The notes under the pieces were generated by a model that had not been told where the DNA came from, made no database searches, and saw only the letters and a list, made by a program, of their open reading frames with translations. From contig NW_027361838.1 in assembly GCF_039654945.1 (NCBI RefSeq), forward strand, positions 21,328,001 to 21,392,000: 64,000 bases of DNA, given 5' to 3'. This document shows, piece after piece, positions 10,706 through 21,957 of the stretch. The translations under genes and the position numbers were made by a program. Position 1 is the stretch's first letter. The number at the start of each line of letters is the position of its first letter. Source of the DNA: Dendrobates tinctorius (lineage: Eukaryota).

Positions 10706-12460
10706 ATTCTATAAAGATACTATACCAGCCCGGCTCACATTGTAGTGCCCACCTGAGCCTCCTGGTGCAGGACATATTATGATCCACTCACATGGCCGAC
10801 ATCCCCGAGTCCAAGGCGATCACGCTGTCCGAGGAGGATATGGTGATGATCTGAAGCATTCCCTGAAGTGCCTCCATGGTTCCATAACAATCTCCTCTGG
10901 TCAGCTTCCAGCACGTCACTTCCGATGGAATGTCACATGCGAGTTTTCTAGTGCTCCTCGGGGCTCCGCCGTATACTCCTGTGTCCGCGGGAAAAGTAAG
11001 CTCCCGGTCGGGGCAGACACTCAAAATCTGGGACGGTTGGGAGGTATGAATGCTCCCCATCATACACCTTGTACACGCATGGCTCCACACACCTCATTCA
11101 CACACTGTTCCGCTTTGTATGCCTCGTACACACGGCTTCGCTCCGTACACTTCGCAAACACACGGCTCCACTCAGTACACTTTATGTCAAATGTGACTAA
11201 TAGGGCCTCTTTTGGGATTGGACCGTGATTATGTATAAGGTCCAGAAATTCACCGGTATCCAATAGAAATGATGTTGTTTGTCTGATTAACGGAGTTGAG
11301 ATTTTTTTCAAGAAATTGTGAGATAGGGGACAGGATGGATTCTGTGGAGGCAACAATCGATCGTCCAGGCGGGTTATCCAGGTTCTTATGTATTTTTGGA
11401 AGTATATAAAAAACAGGTGTTATAGGCAATTGTTTTGTCAAGAATTCTTTGGTCTTGATGTCAATGACTCCCAAAGTGGTGTATTTGATCAGTGTTGTTT
11501 GGATAAGTTGATGAATCTCCTGGGTGGGATCACCTGGGAGTTACTCATATATTGTTCTATCGCTTAGTTGGCGATGGATCTCTGAAATACATGGCTCTAT
11601 CCATAACCACTATAGCCCCTCCCTTATCTGCGGGTTTGATGAGATCTTTGTCATCCTGCAAATTTTTCAGGGCTAGTCGGTCAAGAGGTGTAAGATTGGA
11701 TGGGAAATTAACTTCCTTCTTCTCTATATCATTTTCTCAATTTAAGAAAGGTGTAATTGACAAAAGAGATAAAGGTTTCTAACGCATGTGAACCTGTAGG
11801 TGGTCTGTATCTACTCTTGTTCCTCAGGCCAAAATTAGATGCAATTAATTGTGAAGTAGGGAAAGTAGATGTTTCTTTAGGTGTATGTCTTTGGTATGAA
11901 AAATTTATAGACTCTGTTTTGTTCGTAGTCATCCGTATCTCTAGCGAACTTGTTTCTTTTCCTTGTTTCGGTGTATCGACGGTGTTGTTCAATAGCTGCA
12001 TTAATCTTGGTTTTGAGGGTATTAAACTCCTCAGTGGTTGTGGAGGATACTAGCTGGCTTTCAATGTTCTTGATTTGGTCTCTAGATTTCTATAAATGGC
12101 AGGAGTCAACTACCTCAGGCAACTTCACTTCACGTCCAAACTACAGATCATCTACAGAAGTCTCTACCTCGGGATCGGACTACGAACATCAGCCCTCTAC
12201 GAGCCATTTTTTATGCCAAAGATGTCGATACAGCAGAGGAAGACAAGGCGGGGAAAGATAGACTCGGTGTAATATGGACTTCAATCGGATAACCCGATCA
12301 CAGGTACCAATCCACTTGTTAATAAATATCTCCTCTAAATGTTTGGGTATAGCAGAATGTCATCTTTTACAGAAAGGGTTATCTTTCTGTCCAAGCTACC
12401 AGTATAATACTTTTAAATTGGATATGGACCTCCAACGGTTTTATAGGTCACTTAGACTAA

Positions 12461-12849
12461 GGGTACCGTTACACTTAGCGATGCACCAGCGATCCCGACA
12501 ACGATATGGATCGCTGGTGCATTGCTAAGTGGTCGCTAGTGAGCTGCCACACAGGCAGATCTCACCAGCGACATAGCAGGGGTCGGGGGTCGCTAGTTAC
12601 CTGTCAGACGAGGCGATCCTGGCGTCCTCCCGCCCGCCTCCACGCCTCGCTGCCACAGGAACCGCAGCAGGAAGTGGCCGACGAGAAATGGTCCAGGGAG
12701 TTCTCGCACGACCAACGCTGAGCAGCGGGGGAGCGGTCGGAAGAAAGTATCACATGCAACGATATCGCTAGCAATATCGCTGCTACGTCACAAAATCGGT
12801 GACTTTACAGCAATATTGCTAGCGATATCGCAGTGTGTAACGGGGGCTT
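12461..12849. mobile_element. PIF/Harbinger-like MITE
   Basis: taa|gggtaccgttacac..gtgtaacgggggctt|taa; same family at 35128-35490, related to 21355-21760. Confidence 0.85.
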
Positions 12850-12852
12850 TAA

Positions 12853-15180
12853 ACTACATTTTTCAGAACAAAGACATACACCTAAAGAAACATCTACTTT
12901 CCCTACTTCATAATTAATTGCATCTAATTTTGGCCTGAGGAACAAGAGTAGTTACAGACCACCTACTGGTTCACATGCATTAGAAACCTTTATCACTTTT
13001 GTCAATGACACCTTTCTTAAATTGAGACATGATATAGAGAAGAAGGAAGTTAATTTCCCATCCAATCTTACACCTCTTGACCGACTAGCCCTGAAAAATT
13101 TGCAGGATGACAAAGATCTCATCATCAAACCCGCAGATAAGGGAGGGGCTATAGTGGTTATGGATAGAGCCATGTATTTCATAGAGATCCATCGCCAACT
13201 AAGGCCTGTTTCACACTTCCGTTTTTTCAAATCCGTCAAAATCCGTTGTTTTCCGTAAAAAAACTGATCCGCCATTTTTTGCAGGATCCGTTTTTTTTTG
13301 TCCCATAGACTTCCATTACGGTTACCGCGGATCCGTCAAAAAAACGGATCCGTTGGCATCCGTTTCCGTCAAAAAACGGAAACGGATCCGTTTGGCGGAC
13401 ACAAAAACGGAAGTGTGAAACAGGCCTAAGCGATAGAACAATATATGAGCAACTCCCGGGTGATCCCACCCAGGAGATTCATCAACTTATCCAAACAACA
13501 CTGATCAAATACACCACTTTGGGAGTCATTGACATCAAGACCAAATAATTCTTGACAAAACAATTTCCTATAACACCTGTTTTTTATATACTTCCAAAAA
13601 TACATAAGAACCTGGATAACCCGCCTGGATTGTCGCCTCCACAGAATCCATCCTGTCCCCTATCTCACAATTTCTTGAAAAAAATCTTGACTCCTTTAAT
13701 CAGACTAACAACATCATTTCTATTGGATACCGGTGAATTTCTAGACCTTATACATAATCACGGTCCAATCCCAAAAGAGGCCCTATTAGTCACATTTGAC
13801 GTAAAGGATCTGTACACGTCAATTCCTCAGAATGGCATTGAATCTGTACGGATATGTATTGGATATGTCCAACTTTAGTACTGATCAAATTAATTTCATT
13901 TGTGATCTATTTTTCATTCTTTTAACACAGAATTTCTGTTTGAGGACAGATACTATCTTCAGATCAAGGGCACAGCAATGGGCTGGAACGCAGCCCCACC
14001 GTATGCAAATTGCTATATGGCCCACTACGAGGATAGTATACTGTACCCGGATAACCTCTTCCGCTCACATTGTGTGATGTGGAAGAGGTATATCGACGAT
14101 ATTTTCTGTATTTGGAATGGTTCCCTGGCCACACTCAATACGTTCTACCAGTATCTTAAAACATCCTGGCCTGGTCTAGATTTCACAATGTCACATAGTA
14201 TTGACAAAATGAACTTTTTGGACACCCTTGTTATAAAAGACGACATGGGTAATCTATCCACAGACCTATATGTAAAACCAACCGATCGAAATAGCCTCCT
14301 ACATTACACTAGCTTTCATTCTACAAAAATGAAGAATTCCATACCAAAAACACAATTGACCAGAGTGAATAGAATTGTGTCTAATCAGACTATGAAAGAG
14401 AAACGCATGCAAGAAATGCAAGCTAAATTTGTAGAGAGGGGTTATCCCCAACATACATTGGCCCTCTCCACTACATCTAACACTTCCAATATCAGAACAA
14501 GGGATCGTATCCCTTTTGTCAATGAATACCACCCCTTAGCATACCAGATCCATAGAAGTATACGACACCACTGGCATCTCAACACAGCTCACACTAATAT
14601 CAAAGAGTTCAAGGAACCGTTCCTTCCATGTTTTAGAAGACCACGTAATTTTAGGGACCTTCTCGTGAAGGCTGAAGTTGGACCATCCCCGTCCAGCACT
14701 GAATCAACGTTTTTTGCAGAATCCAAAATATGGCACATTCCCATGCTTGCAATGCACCCAGTGCAACAATGTGTTAAGAGGCAGTTCTTTTTTTCACCCA
14801 CAAACTGGTAAAAGGTATGATATAAAGGGATATTTCACATGCAACACTTCATACGTGATATATTTGATTAAGTGTCCTTGTGGTTTGATTTACGTGGGTG
14901 AAGCAACCCAACCGATCAAGGATTGTATTTCAAAACATAAGTGCACGATTAGATGTAAGAACCTTTTACTGCCCGCACCTCATCACTTTGTCACAGTGGG
15001 CCATACTATAGCCCAATTAAGATATCAAGTAATTGAGCCGGTTGAATGTGCCACGCAGAGGTGGTAATCGCATTAATTTTCTAAAAAAAAGGTGAGGCTT
15101 TTTGGATTCATGAGCTCCAGACATTGACCCATAAAGGGTTAAATAGGGATTATGACATCCAATCATTTCTGTTTTGAATT
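12853..15180 (+). pseudogene. Penelope-like RT plus GIY-YIG endonuclease (frameshifted, MITE-interrupted)
   Basis: IIKPADKGGAIVVMD, FYILPKIHK, VTFDVKDLYTSIP, GTAMG..APPYAN, RYIDDIF; Cys-rich linker PCLQCTQC; VIYLIKCPCGLIYVGE. Confidence 0.92.
13203..13426. mobile_element. PIF/Harbinger-like MITE
   Basis: taa|ggcctgtttcacacttccg..cggaagtgtgaaacaggcc|taa; absent from the inverted Penelope arm (about 11565). Confidence 0.9.
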
Positions 15181-16203
15181 ATCAAGAGATATATGATGCT
15201 GTATATTTTATTCTTTCTACTTCTAATACTTTTTCCTTTTCCAGAATCTACAGCACTAAATATATGTATACCTCACGGAGATTTCTAATTACTTGCTCTT
15301 CACTGAACCACCACATCCCCAAAGTGTAATATAGAGCCGTCTGGATTATTCACAGCCGTTCTAACATGCACAGAATTCACCACTATTCACATGATATTCT
15401 GTTTTTTCCCCTTTCAAGAACGTTAGTATGGGGAAAATTTTCTCTGCTACACAGGACACTTCCTGTTAGTGGAATGCTCACAGCACTTCTGGAATGCACA
15501 GTGACGTCATCACTGAGACCTTCCACTCCCTCCTCCTGCCTGGGGATCGCATTAGGAGTGCACAGCAATGTCATTTCCGGTCTCATACTTCCTCGTCGGC
15601 CACCATCTTGGCCCCTATTTATAGAAGCCGCAGACACTGGAAAGGGCTCCTCTGACCCGCGGTGGATGCCGTGTCATTGTCCTACATGCTGCATACTGAC
15701 CGGACAGGTAAGCACTTCACTCCTCCCCCTCCCCCACCGCTTTAGGACACTCTGCCTCTTTGCTCTGTCTGCTAACAAGGAGCATTTTCCATTTTGATTC
15801 CACAGACTCTGCAAAGCTTTGCCTTTTGTCCCTACTCCTGGGGGGTATGTACATTAACTCCTCCTGTCACCTCTCACAATGTACTATAGTTAATGGCATA
15901 CAACAGGAGATTTTTGTCTCTCACCACACAGGACCACTTACCTTTTGGCTCTCCCCCTTTTGAGCATTATGCAAATGACAGCAGTACAAAACATACGTAT
16001 GTTTGCTCTGCATTTAATGAATGATTCATCCAACTGGTATTATCTTGGTTTTTTGGGCAAAAATGCTCTTTTTAAAATATAATCATGTATGTGCTACTAA
16101 TGTCTGATATGTTACGGACATCATCTGTAGCCTTCTTTGTGTCCCAGATACTCTGATTATTGTATATACTTCTGTTATTTTGATTATTTCAATTATTTTG
16201 TTT

Positions 16204-16250
16204 TGCAGTACTGTGATGAAGGTCAATGAGACCGAAACGTCTATACTGTA
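16204..16250 (+). ncRNA. Hammerhead-like motif in the Penelope 3' repeat (variant or degenerate core)
   Basis: tgcagta-ctg-TGATGA-a-ggtc-aatga-gacc-GAAAC-GTC-ta-tactgta; stems I and II present, C3 non-canonical; mirrored copy at about 7855-7898 on the minus strand. Confidence 0.55.
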
Positions 16251-16896
16251 TGTACTGTACATTAAAAATCACTTTCACTGGAAATCATATATACTGTGTG
16301 TGCCAAGTTTCTATATTCGTCAGGATGAGAGGCGCCAAGGCGAGGGGGCAGCGCTATTCAAATTGCGGCCTAGTAGGCCGGAGAAGCCGGGGGCTAGATT
16401 TTCGGGCCTACCCGAGGTAGGCGCCGGTGGGCGGGCCGGTGCTAGTGGGCGGCGCCATTTAAATTGCGGCCTACCAGGCCGGAAAGCCGGGGACCGCCGC
16501 TGACGCAACATCAGCGCTACTCCCGGGGGACAGGACCCGACCCCATACCTCTACTCCAGTGCTCAGCGCTGTCCGGCCATCCATGCAGGCTCTCATCCTC
16601 CAGGGCTGATGTAGCAGAGCTGGAGGAGTTCTTAAAGGGGACATGCTCAATCGATCCTCCCTATGATAGGGGGATGGAGAGCTATGGGGCTGATTCAGGG
16701 CCTACGTAAGCGCTGTCCAGTCTTCTCCGTTACGTGCGCCTGCCCTCATATTCGTGGATTACCGGACGCAAGCATCATCGCCAATGCTAGAGGAATCAGC
16801 CCCAAACGTCGCAGGAAAGTGTACGTGAAGGGTTACTCCACGTGCTTGCCTGTTGTTGGTTCGGGGGAGAGCGGGCCGTAGAAAGGAATCGTCGCC

Positions 16897-17773
16897 TGTC
16901 ATGAACTCATTTTCTGCTCCATCAGTTGAGAGTTCCCCCTTCCGTTCTCCCTCTGGTGGTGACAGGAGGTAGTGCGGTTGGTTTAAGTGGTCGTGATCTG
17001 CCACCTGATAAGGAAGATAACGATTGGATCTCTGGAGTATCAGACTGGATATAAGACTGCCGACGCCCTATCCAGGTGCTGGTGATTCAGTCTGCTTCTC
17101 AGGTCCTGGACTTCAGCTCTCTTCCAGTCTTCTCAAGTTAAGTTATTTTTGCTAATGTTCACACTTGCGCTTGTTGGTCAATTCAGTTTTTTGTGCAATC
17201 AGCCTGCCCCTGCTGGGGCTATGCTGAAATTCCACTCCTATTAATCAGTATTTGCCAATCTGATTTTTGTCCCTTATTAGAGTGGCCTCTTTTTTGCTCT
17301 GTCTCTGAAATATTCTGAGTGCTGATATAGGTTTAGAAGTCTAGTGACTTCAGGGTTAATTTTGCTATCAGAAGTGTTGGACAATATTTTTGTAGGGTTT
17401 TTTTGGCAGATTGCAGACAGTGTCTTTCCTTTGCTGTCCTTTTTAGTTAGCCGGGCCCCATCGTTTGCTCAGCCTATTTTCCTGCCTTTGTTTGTATTTT
17501 CATCTTGTTTCACAGTCAATACATGTGGGGGGGCTGTCTTTCCTTTGGGGTCTGCTCTGGGGCAGTTAGTTAGTTTTCCTCTTTTCCTGCTTTAGGCTTA
17601 TGTAGTTCTCCGGTTGTGACGAGGCGTCTAGGACCAACGTAGGAACGCTCCACGACTGCTGCTAGTTGTGCGGTTAAGATCAGGGATCTGCAATCTGCAT
17701 AGTTACCAACTTCTCTGGTTTTCTGAGACTTAGCTTGTTGTCTTTTTTCCTCTTCGGTTTCCTATTCATAATA
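16897..17773. mobile_element. Solo LTR inserted in the DIRS A leader
   Basis: tgtcatgaa..ttcataata termini, 6-bp TSD gtcgcc; absent from DIRS B. Confidence 0.8.
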
Positions 17774-18159
17774 GTCGCCCCCTTCACTCCATTAAAAAAT
17801 AAAAATTTACAGAAAGATTCAAAAAAAAATAAACGGTGGGGTCTGAAACCAGGCCCAAGTGCCTCCTACAGACACTAAGTATGAACTGGAGATATCTCAT
17901 CCAGCTGCGGGGTGTATACTGCAGGGGAGGAGTTAACTTTTATTCTGGTTTGCTTAGTGTCCTCCTAGTGGCAGCAGCATAACACAGACTGTCTCTGTGT
18001 CCCCCAATGAGGCGTAGGAGAAATTAGTTATATTATACTCACCCAGGGGCGGTCCTGGTCCGGTTTTGGTCCGATGGGTGTCACGGTCCGGCACCTCCCA
18101 TCTTCTAACGTTCTAACGGTGACATCTTCTTCTTTGCTGCCTGTCGTGGCTCCTGTGCA

Positions 18160-18723
18160 AAATGAGGATGAATGAACTCATGGAGATCAACATCCAACAC
18201 TGCGGAGACACCATCACATGTTTCTCAACGCAGTGATTCTAGAGCAATGCTCCCATCCCTTATGGGAAATATGCAAAAACATGCAAAACACAAGCCGCGG
18301 AGACACCATCACGTGTTTCTCAACACAAGCAATGACTAGCCAGGTCTTTCCCCGGGAAGGAACAACCACGGGAAGGGCAGTCTCCAATGAAGGAAACCAC
18401 CTATGCTAAAACATGGTATCCATCCACAGACAGCTGTTTCGGGGTATTGCCCCTCATCAGTGTGGAGTAGGAAACTGGCTAGTAGGAGCAATGCCTAGTA
18501 AAAGACTGAAAAATGAGGATGAATGAACTCATGGAGATCAACATCCAACACTGCAGAGACACCATCACGTTTCTTAACACAGTGATTCTAGAGCAATGCT
18601 CCCATCCCTTATGGGAAATATAATATCACAGTCTTTTACTAGGCATCCTTCCCGGGGAAAGACCTGGCTAGTCATTGCTTGCGTTGAGAAACACGTGATG
18701 GTGTCTCCGCGGCTTGTGTTTTG
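18160..18723 (-). mobile_element. Non-LTR retrozyme: about 1.3 copies of a 351-nt hammerhead-containing unit plus an inverted 5' segment
   Basis: Unit restarts at 18162 and 18513; 15-bp TSD cgtgg(c/t)tcctgtgca (18145-18159, 18724-18738); about 18630-18723 is inverted unit sequence. Confidence 0.9.
18423..18466 (-). ncRNA. Minimal type I hammerhead ribozyme
   Basis: Minus strand uccaca-CUGAUGA-gggg-caaua-cccc-GAAA-c-agcu-GUC/ugugga: intact core, 6-bp stem I, 4-bp stem II, 2-bp stem III with a palindromic AGCU loop. Confidence 0.95.
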
Positions 18724-19140
18724 CGTGGTTCCTGTGCAGGCGCACTGCTCTGCCCAGTTGAGGGCAGAGCAGAATACTGCAGTGCGTAGGCGCCGGATCT
18801 GTCCCGGCGCCTGCGCACTGCAGGACTCTGTTCTGCCCTCAACAGGGCAGAGCAGTGCACCGGCGCAGGAGCCACGACAGGAAGGAAAGAAGAAGACGTC
18901 ACTGTTAGAAGATGGGAGGCACCGGACCGCAACACCCATCGGACCAAGACCGGACCGCCCCCCGGTGAGTATAATTTAAATAAATTTTTCTTATCTTTCA
19001 GGTTACATCGGGGGCTTATCTACAGCATTACAGAATGCTGTAGATAAGCCATTGATGTCGGTGCTGGCAGCTGACAGGCGAAAAATAGGGTGACAGGTTC
19101 CCTTTGAGTAAATGGATGAACCATACAAACACACATACAG

Positions 19141-19324
19141 CAGTGTTCCCCAACTCCAGTCCTCAAGAGCCACCAACGGTTCATGTTTTCAGGATTTCCT
19201 TAGTATTACCCAGGTGATAATTGCAGAACCTGCACAGCCAATACTTCCATCACGTGCAATACTAAGGAAATCCTGAAAACATAACCTGTTGGTGGCTCCA
19301 GAGGACTGGAGTTGGGGAACATTG
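19141..19324. mobile_element. Short palindromic hAT-like MITE
   Basis: cagtgttccccaactccagtcctc..ggactggagttggggaacattg; second copy at 52901-53040. Confidence 0.8.
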
Positions 19325-20692
19325 CCTTACAGGAACCAAGCCACTCTCAGATTTTCGTTCTCCACTGTTGGAAATATGTCTTCACATCACTAGTATTCAG
19401 CAATACTTTGCTTCAAAGCAGAACAGTCAAATCACACCTTCATATGCTGTCTGGATTATACACCACCCAATTCACAAAAGCTTTTGAAGCACTGAAAACT
19501 TCACAATAGGATATGTGGAAACACCAGATAATATAAACTGTCTTTAAGTATCTTCCAAAAGCAGGTGCTTACCAGATGAATTACAGTTGCACATAAAAAA
19601 AGGTTTTTTTTTTGTTACGATAAAATGCTTTTCTCATCACCTTTAATTGGGGAGCCACAGTAGTTAAAGGCATTTATATTGATGGGCGAATGTGAATAGT
19701 TGTGGGGGTGCACAGCTCAGTCAACCACTGAGGAGGCCGGGTACTGCACATTCGCCCCTATTTGTAGGAATAGGGGGTCCATCTGCAAACCAGAGTTCCA
19801 GCTACTATGCAGGTGATGGAGATGTACTGTTCCACGGCTAAACCCATCTGGTCGCCAACAGCACCAGTAACAGCTGATCAGCGGGGCTGCCAGGTGTCAC
19901 ACCGCCATTGATGAACCATGGTCTTACAGTGCGAAAACCTGCTAAAAACAAAGTTTATTAGCCATGCATTAAAAGGATCTCATGAGAGGGACAAAAGGAG
20001 TGTATAATAAAGATACGTAACTGGGGATTACTGCCCGTCTGCAAAAGACAGAAGGGAAAAATCCCTCTATTGAAAACCGATGATATTCAGAGAAAATTAG
20101 TGTAGTCAGGGGGAAAGAAAAAAAAACAAAACACTGGATCCAGTTTCTGTCACCTTCCCGACTGTATGGGTTGGTACCCTAAAGATAATGTGACAACGGA
20201 GATTCCTCTCAACGTCGACAGATCCTGGTTATCGCTAAGTCAGTCCTAGGAAGTCACAAGATTTGCATGAGACCCATGTGAAAAAAAAAAAATAAAAAAA
20301 TCAGTAAATGATTTTACCATTTTGTAGACTAGTCCACCTCTAGCGGTATACATTAACATGCATAGCAAAAGGTTAGTGCTACATGTAATCCATAATTGGG
20401 TATGCTCATCCCTCATCTATTGCAGTTTCTTGGTAGAGCCCCAATATTCTTTACGGAGGTCAATTTGTAAATTACATTCTGATAGTATGGTTAGGGGAAG
20501 CTTGTTATTTTAGGAAATTTGTAAATAATTTTCCCTTGATATGATCAGCTTTCAACCCCCTATTTTTATAGACTATTGCCTTTCTGCTACCTATAAAATT
20601 TCCCCAGTTACATATATTTATTGCTATACACTGCTTTTGCCCTTTTAATGAACAGCCTGTTTAATGAATACCTAATACACCTTGTTTAGGAG

Positions 20693-21100
20693 AGTGCTCT
20701 TTCCCCCAATGAACAAGACAAAGGATTTTACAGTAAAAAGAAAATTCTTTTTTTTTTTATTAAATATCATAGGGGGACACAGACTGGAATGTTCAAAAGC
20801 AGCTTGCTATACATGGGAAGCAAAAAATGAGTGACCATGGATAGAGAACTGCTGCCCCTGAACTATACAAACTGGAGAGGGAATGCTAGCAGTATATGCA
20901 CCCCAATTAGAACGGTCTAATCGGGAGAGAAAGTTGTCTACTCTGCAAGAAGTAGGCCTATGAAGACTGATCGAGACTATACGAGGAACAAATGTTAGAG
21001 GAGCAAGAAGAACAATGCCCCTGTTATAGAGAAAAAACCTCCTGTGTGAGACGAAGAGAGGGGAAGGATTCCTTGTTCAAGGGATCATAAAAACAAGGAC
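20693..21100 (-). mobile_element. Old DIRS remnant (ICR and decayed YR 3' end)
   Basis: gtgctctttcccccaatga..aaggattttacagt..ggggacacagac..aaagcag aligns by eye to the ICR of copies A and B. Confidence 0.55.
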
Positions 21101-21354
21101 GTAAATGATTAAGCACAAGATTAAAGGTCCAATGAAAGACTAAGATGAAACGGCCTAGTGGCAGTCACTGTAGCCACGCTGGCGTGCCAGTAGGACTGAA
21201 AGACGACAGTTCTTGAGAGGAATGACTTTTTTATGGGTGCTGCACTTTCAGTACAGCAGTTGGACAACTTCCCAATACTATTAAACTGCAGATTAACTCT
21301 AGATCCACAGGGTAATGGCGTTATCCAACCCGATAGCTTCCTTTTAACCACTTA

Positions 21355-21760
21355 AGCCCCGTCACACACAGCGATCTCACTAGCGAGATCACTGCTGAGT
21401 TACAAGTTTTGTGACACAACAGCGATCTCCCCAGCGAGATCGCTGTGTGTGACACTTAGCGACCGCCCCCCCTCCCGGGTCTCGCTGATCGTCCTCGAAT
21501 GGCCTGGACATTTTTTTGATCGCTGTTCTCCCGCTGGCCAGCACGCATCGCTGCGTGTGGCAGGCGGGAGACCAGCGATCAGCGAGCTGGTAACCAAGGT
21601 AAACATCGGGTTTCTAAGCACCGCGTGTCGCTGGTGCTGATCGCTGGTGAGCCTGCCTGTTTTTGGCAGCTCACCAGCGATCATGTAGCAACACCAGCGA
21701 TCCTGGCAAGGTCATATTGTTGTCGGGATCGCTGGTGCGTCGCTATGTGTGATGGGGCCT
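21355..21760. mobile_element. PIF/Harbinger-like MITE
   Basis: tta|agccccgtcacac..gtgtgatggggcct|tta. Confidence 0.85.
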
Positions 21761-21957
21761 TTATTGTCAACCTAACCTCCTAGTGACAGCAGTCGCTACA
21801 ACCCAGTCTGTGTCCCTCAATGACATGGATGAGAAAACATGGCTGACTACTTCAGTGAAGAGAATATAACTGGGCTGCAATATTACACAACTTGTGGATA
21901 GGTATGGCAGTGTTTTTAGAAAGAGAAAAAAAAAAAAAAGAAGCCTAAATAGATTAC

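Larger units (their letters stand above)
9129..11180. mobile_element. One-ended hAT-like non-autonomous element with tandem repeats and exon-like cargo
   Basis: Starts caggggtggattaaggg..gggcccc exactly where Penelope homology stops. No second terminus; the Penelope arm resumes at 11181 about 1.1 kb further along, implying a deletion. Superfamily call rests on the terminus only. Confidence 0.55.
7711..16316 (+). mobile_element. Penelope-like (Neptune-type) retroelement insertion with a head-to-head inverted partial copy
   Basis: 14-bp TSD tcgtcaggatgaga (7697-7710, 16317-16330). Forward copy about 12089-16316; inverted copies 7711-9128 and 11181-12088. Confidence 0.92.
2134..18023 (-). mobile_element. 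DIRS1-like tyrosine-recombinase retrotransposon, copy A, full length with three nested insertions
   Basis: Inverted termini (about 2187-2307 vs 17884-18005), ICR at about 2407-2504, gag/RT-RH-MT/YR ORFs; collinear with uninterrupted copy B (37042-42824). Confidence 0.95.
2035..19103. mobile_element. TTAA-targeting MITE (T2/Kolobok-like) split by a DIRS element (2134-18023) and a retrozyme (18160-18723)
   Basis: ttaa|agggaatctgtcacc..ggtgacaggttccct|ttga termini; rejoining the pieces reproduces the intact family member at 60341-60879. Confidence 0.85.

Noticed and set aside
10278-10787. Phe/Leu/Ser-rich ORFs resembling membrane proteins
   Set aside because: Artefact of the GA-rich low-complexity tract.
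15366-15797. 143-aa ORF duplicated at 8309-8734
   Set aside because: It lies in the Penelope 3' region, has no recognisable domain, and the duplication is explained by the inverted arm.
1-21957. Next PPP4R1 exon (expected AQVEVLSAAL..)
   Set aside because: Not found by eye. The candidate at 1285-1640 is a Tc1 remnant, so the exon probably lies beyond the window start.
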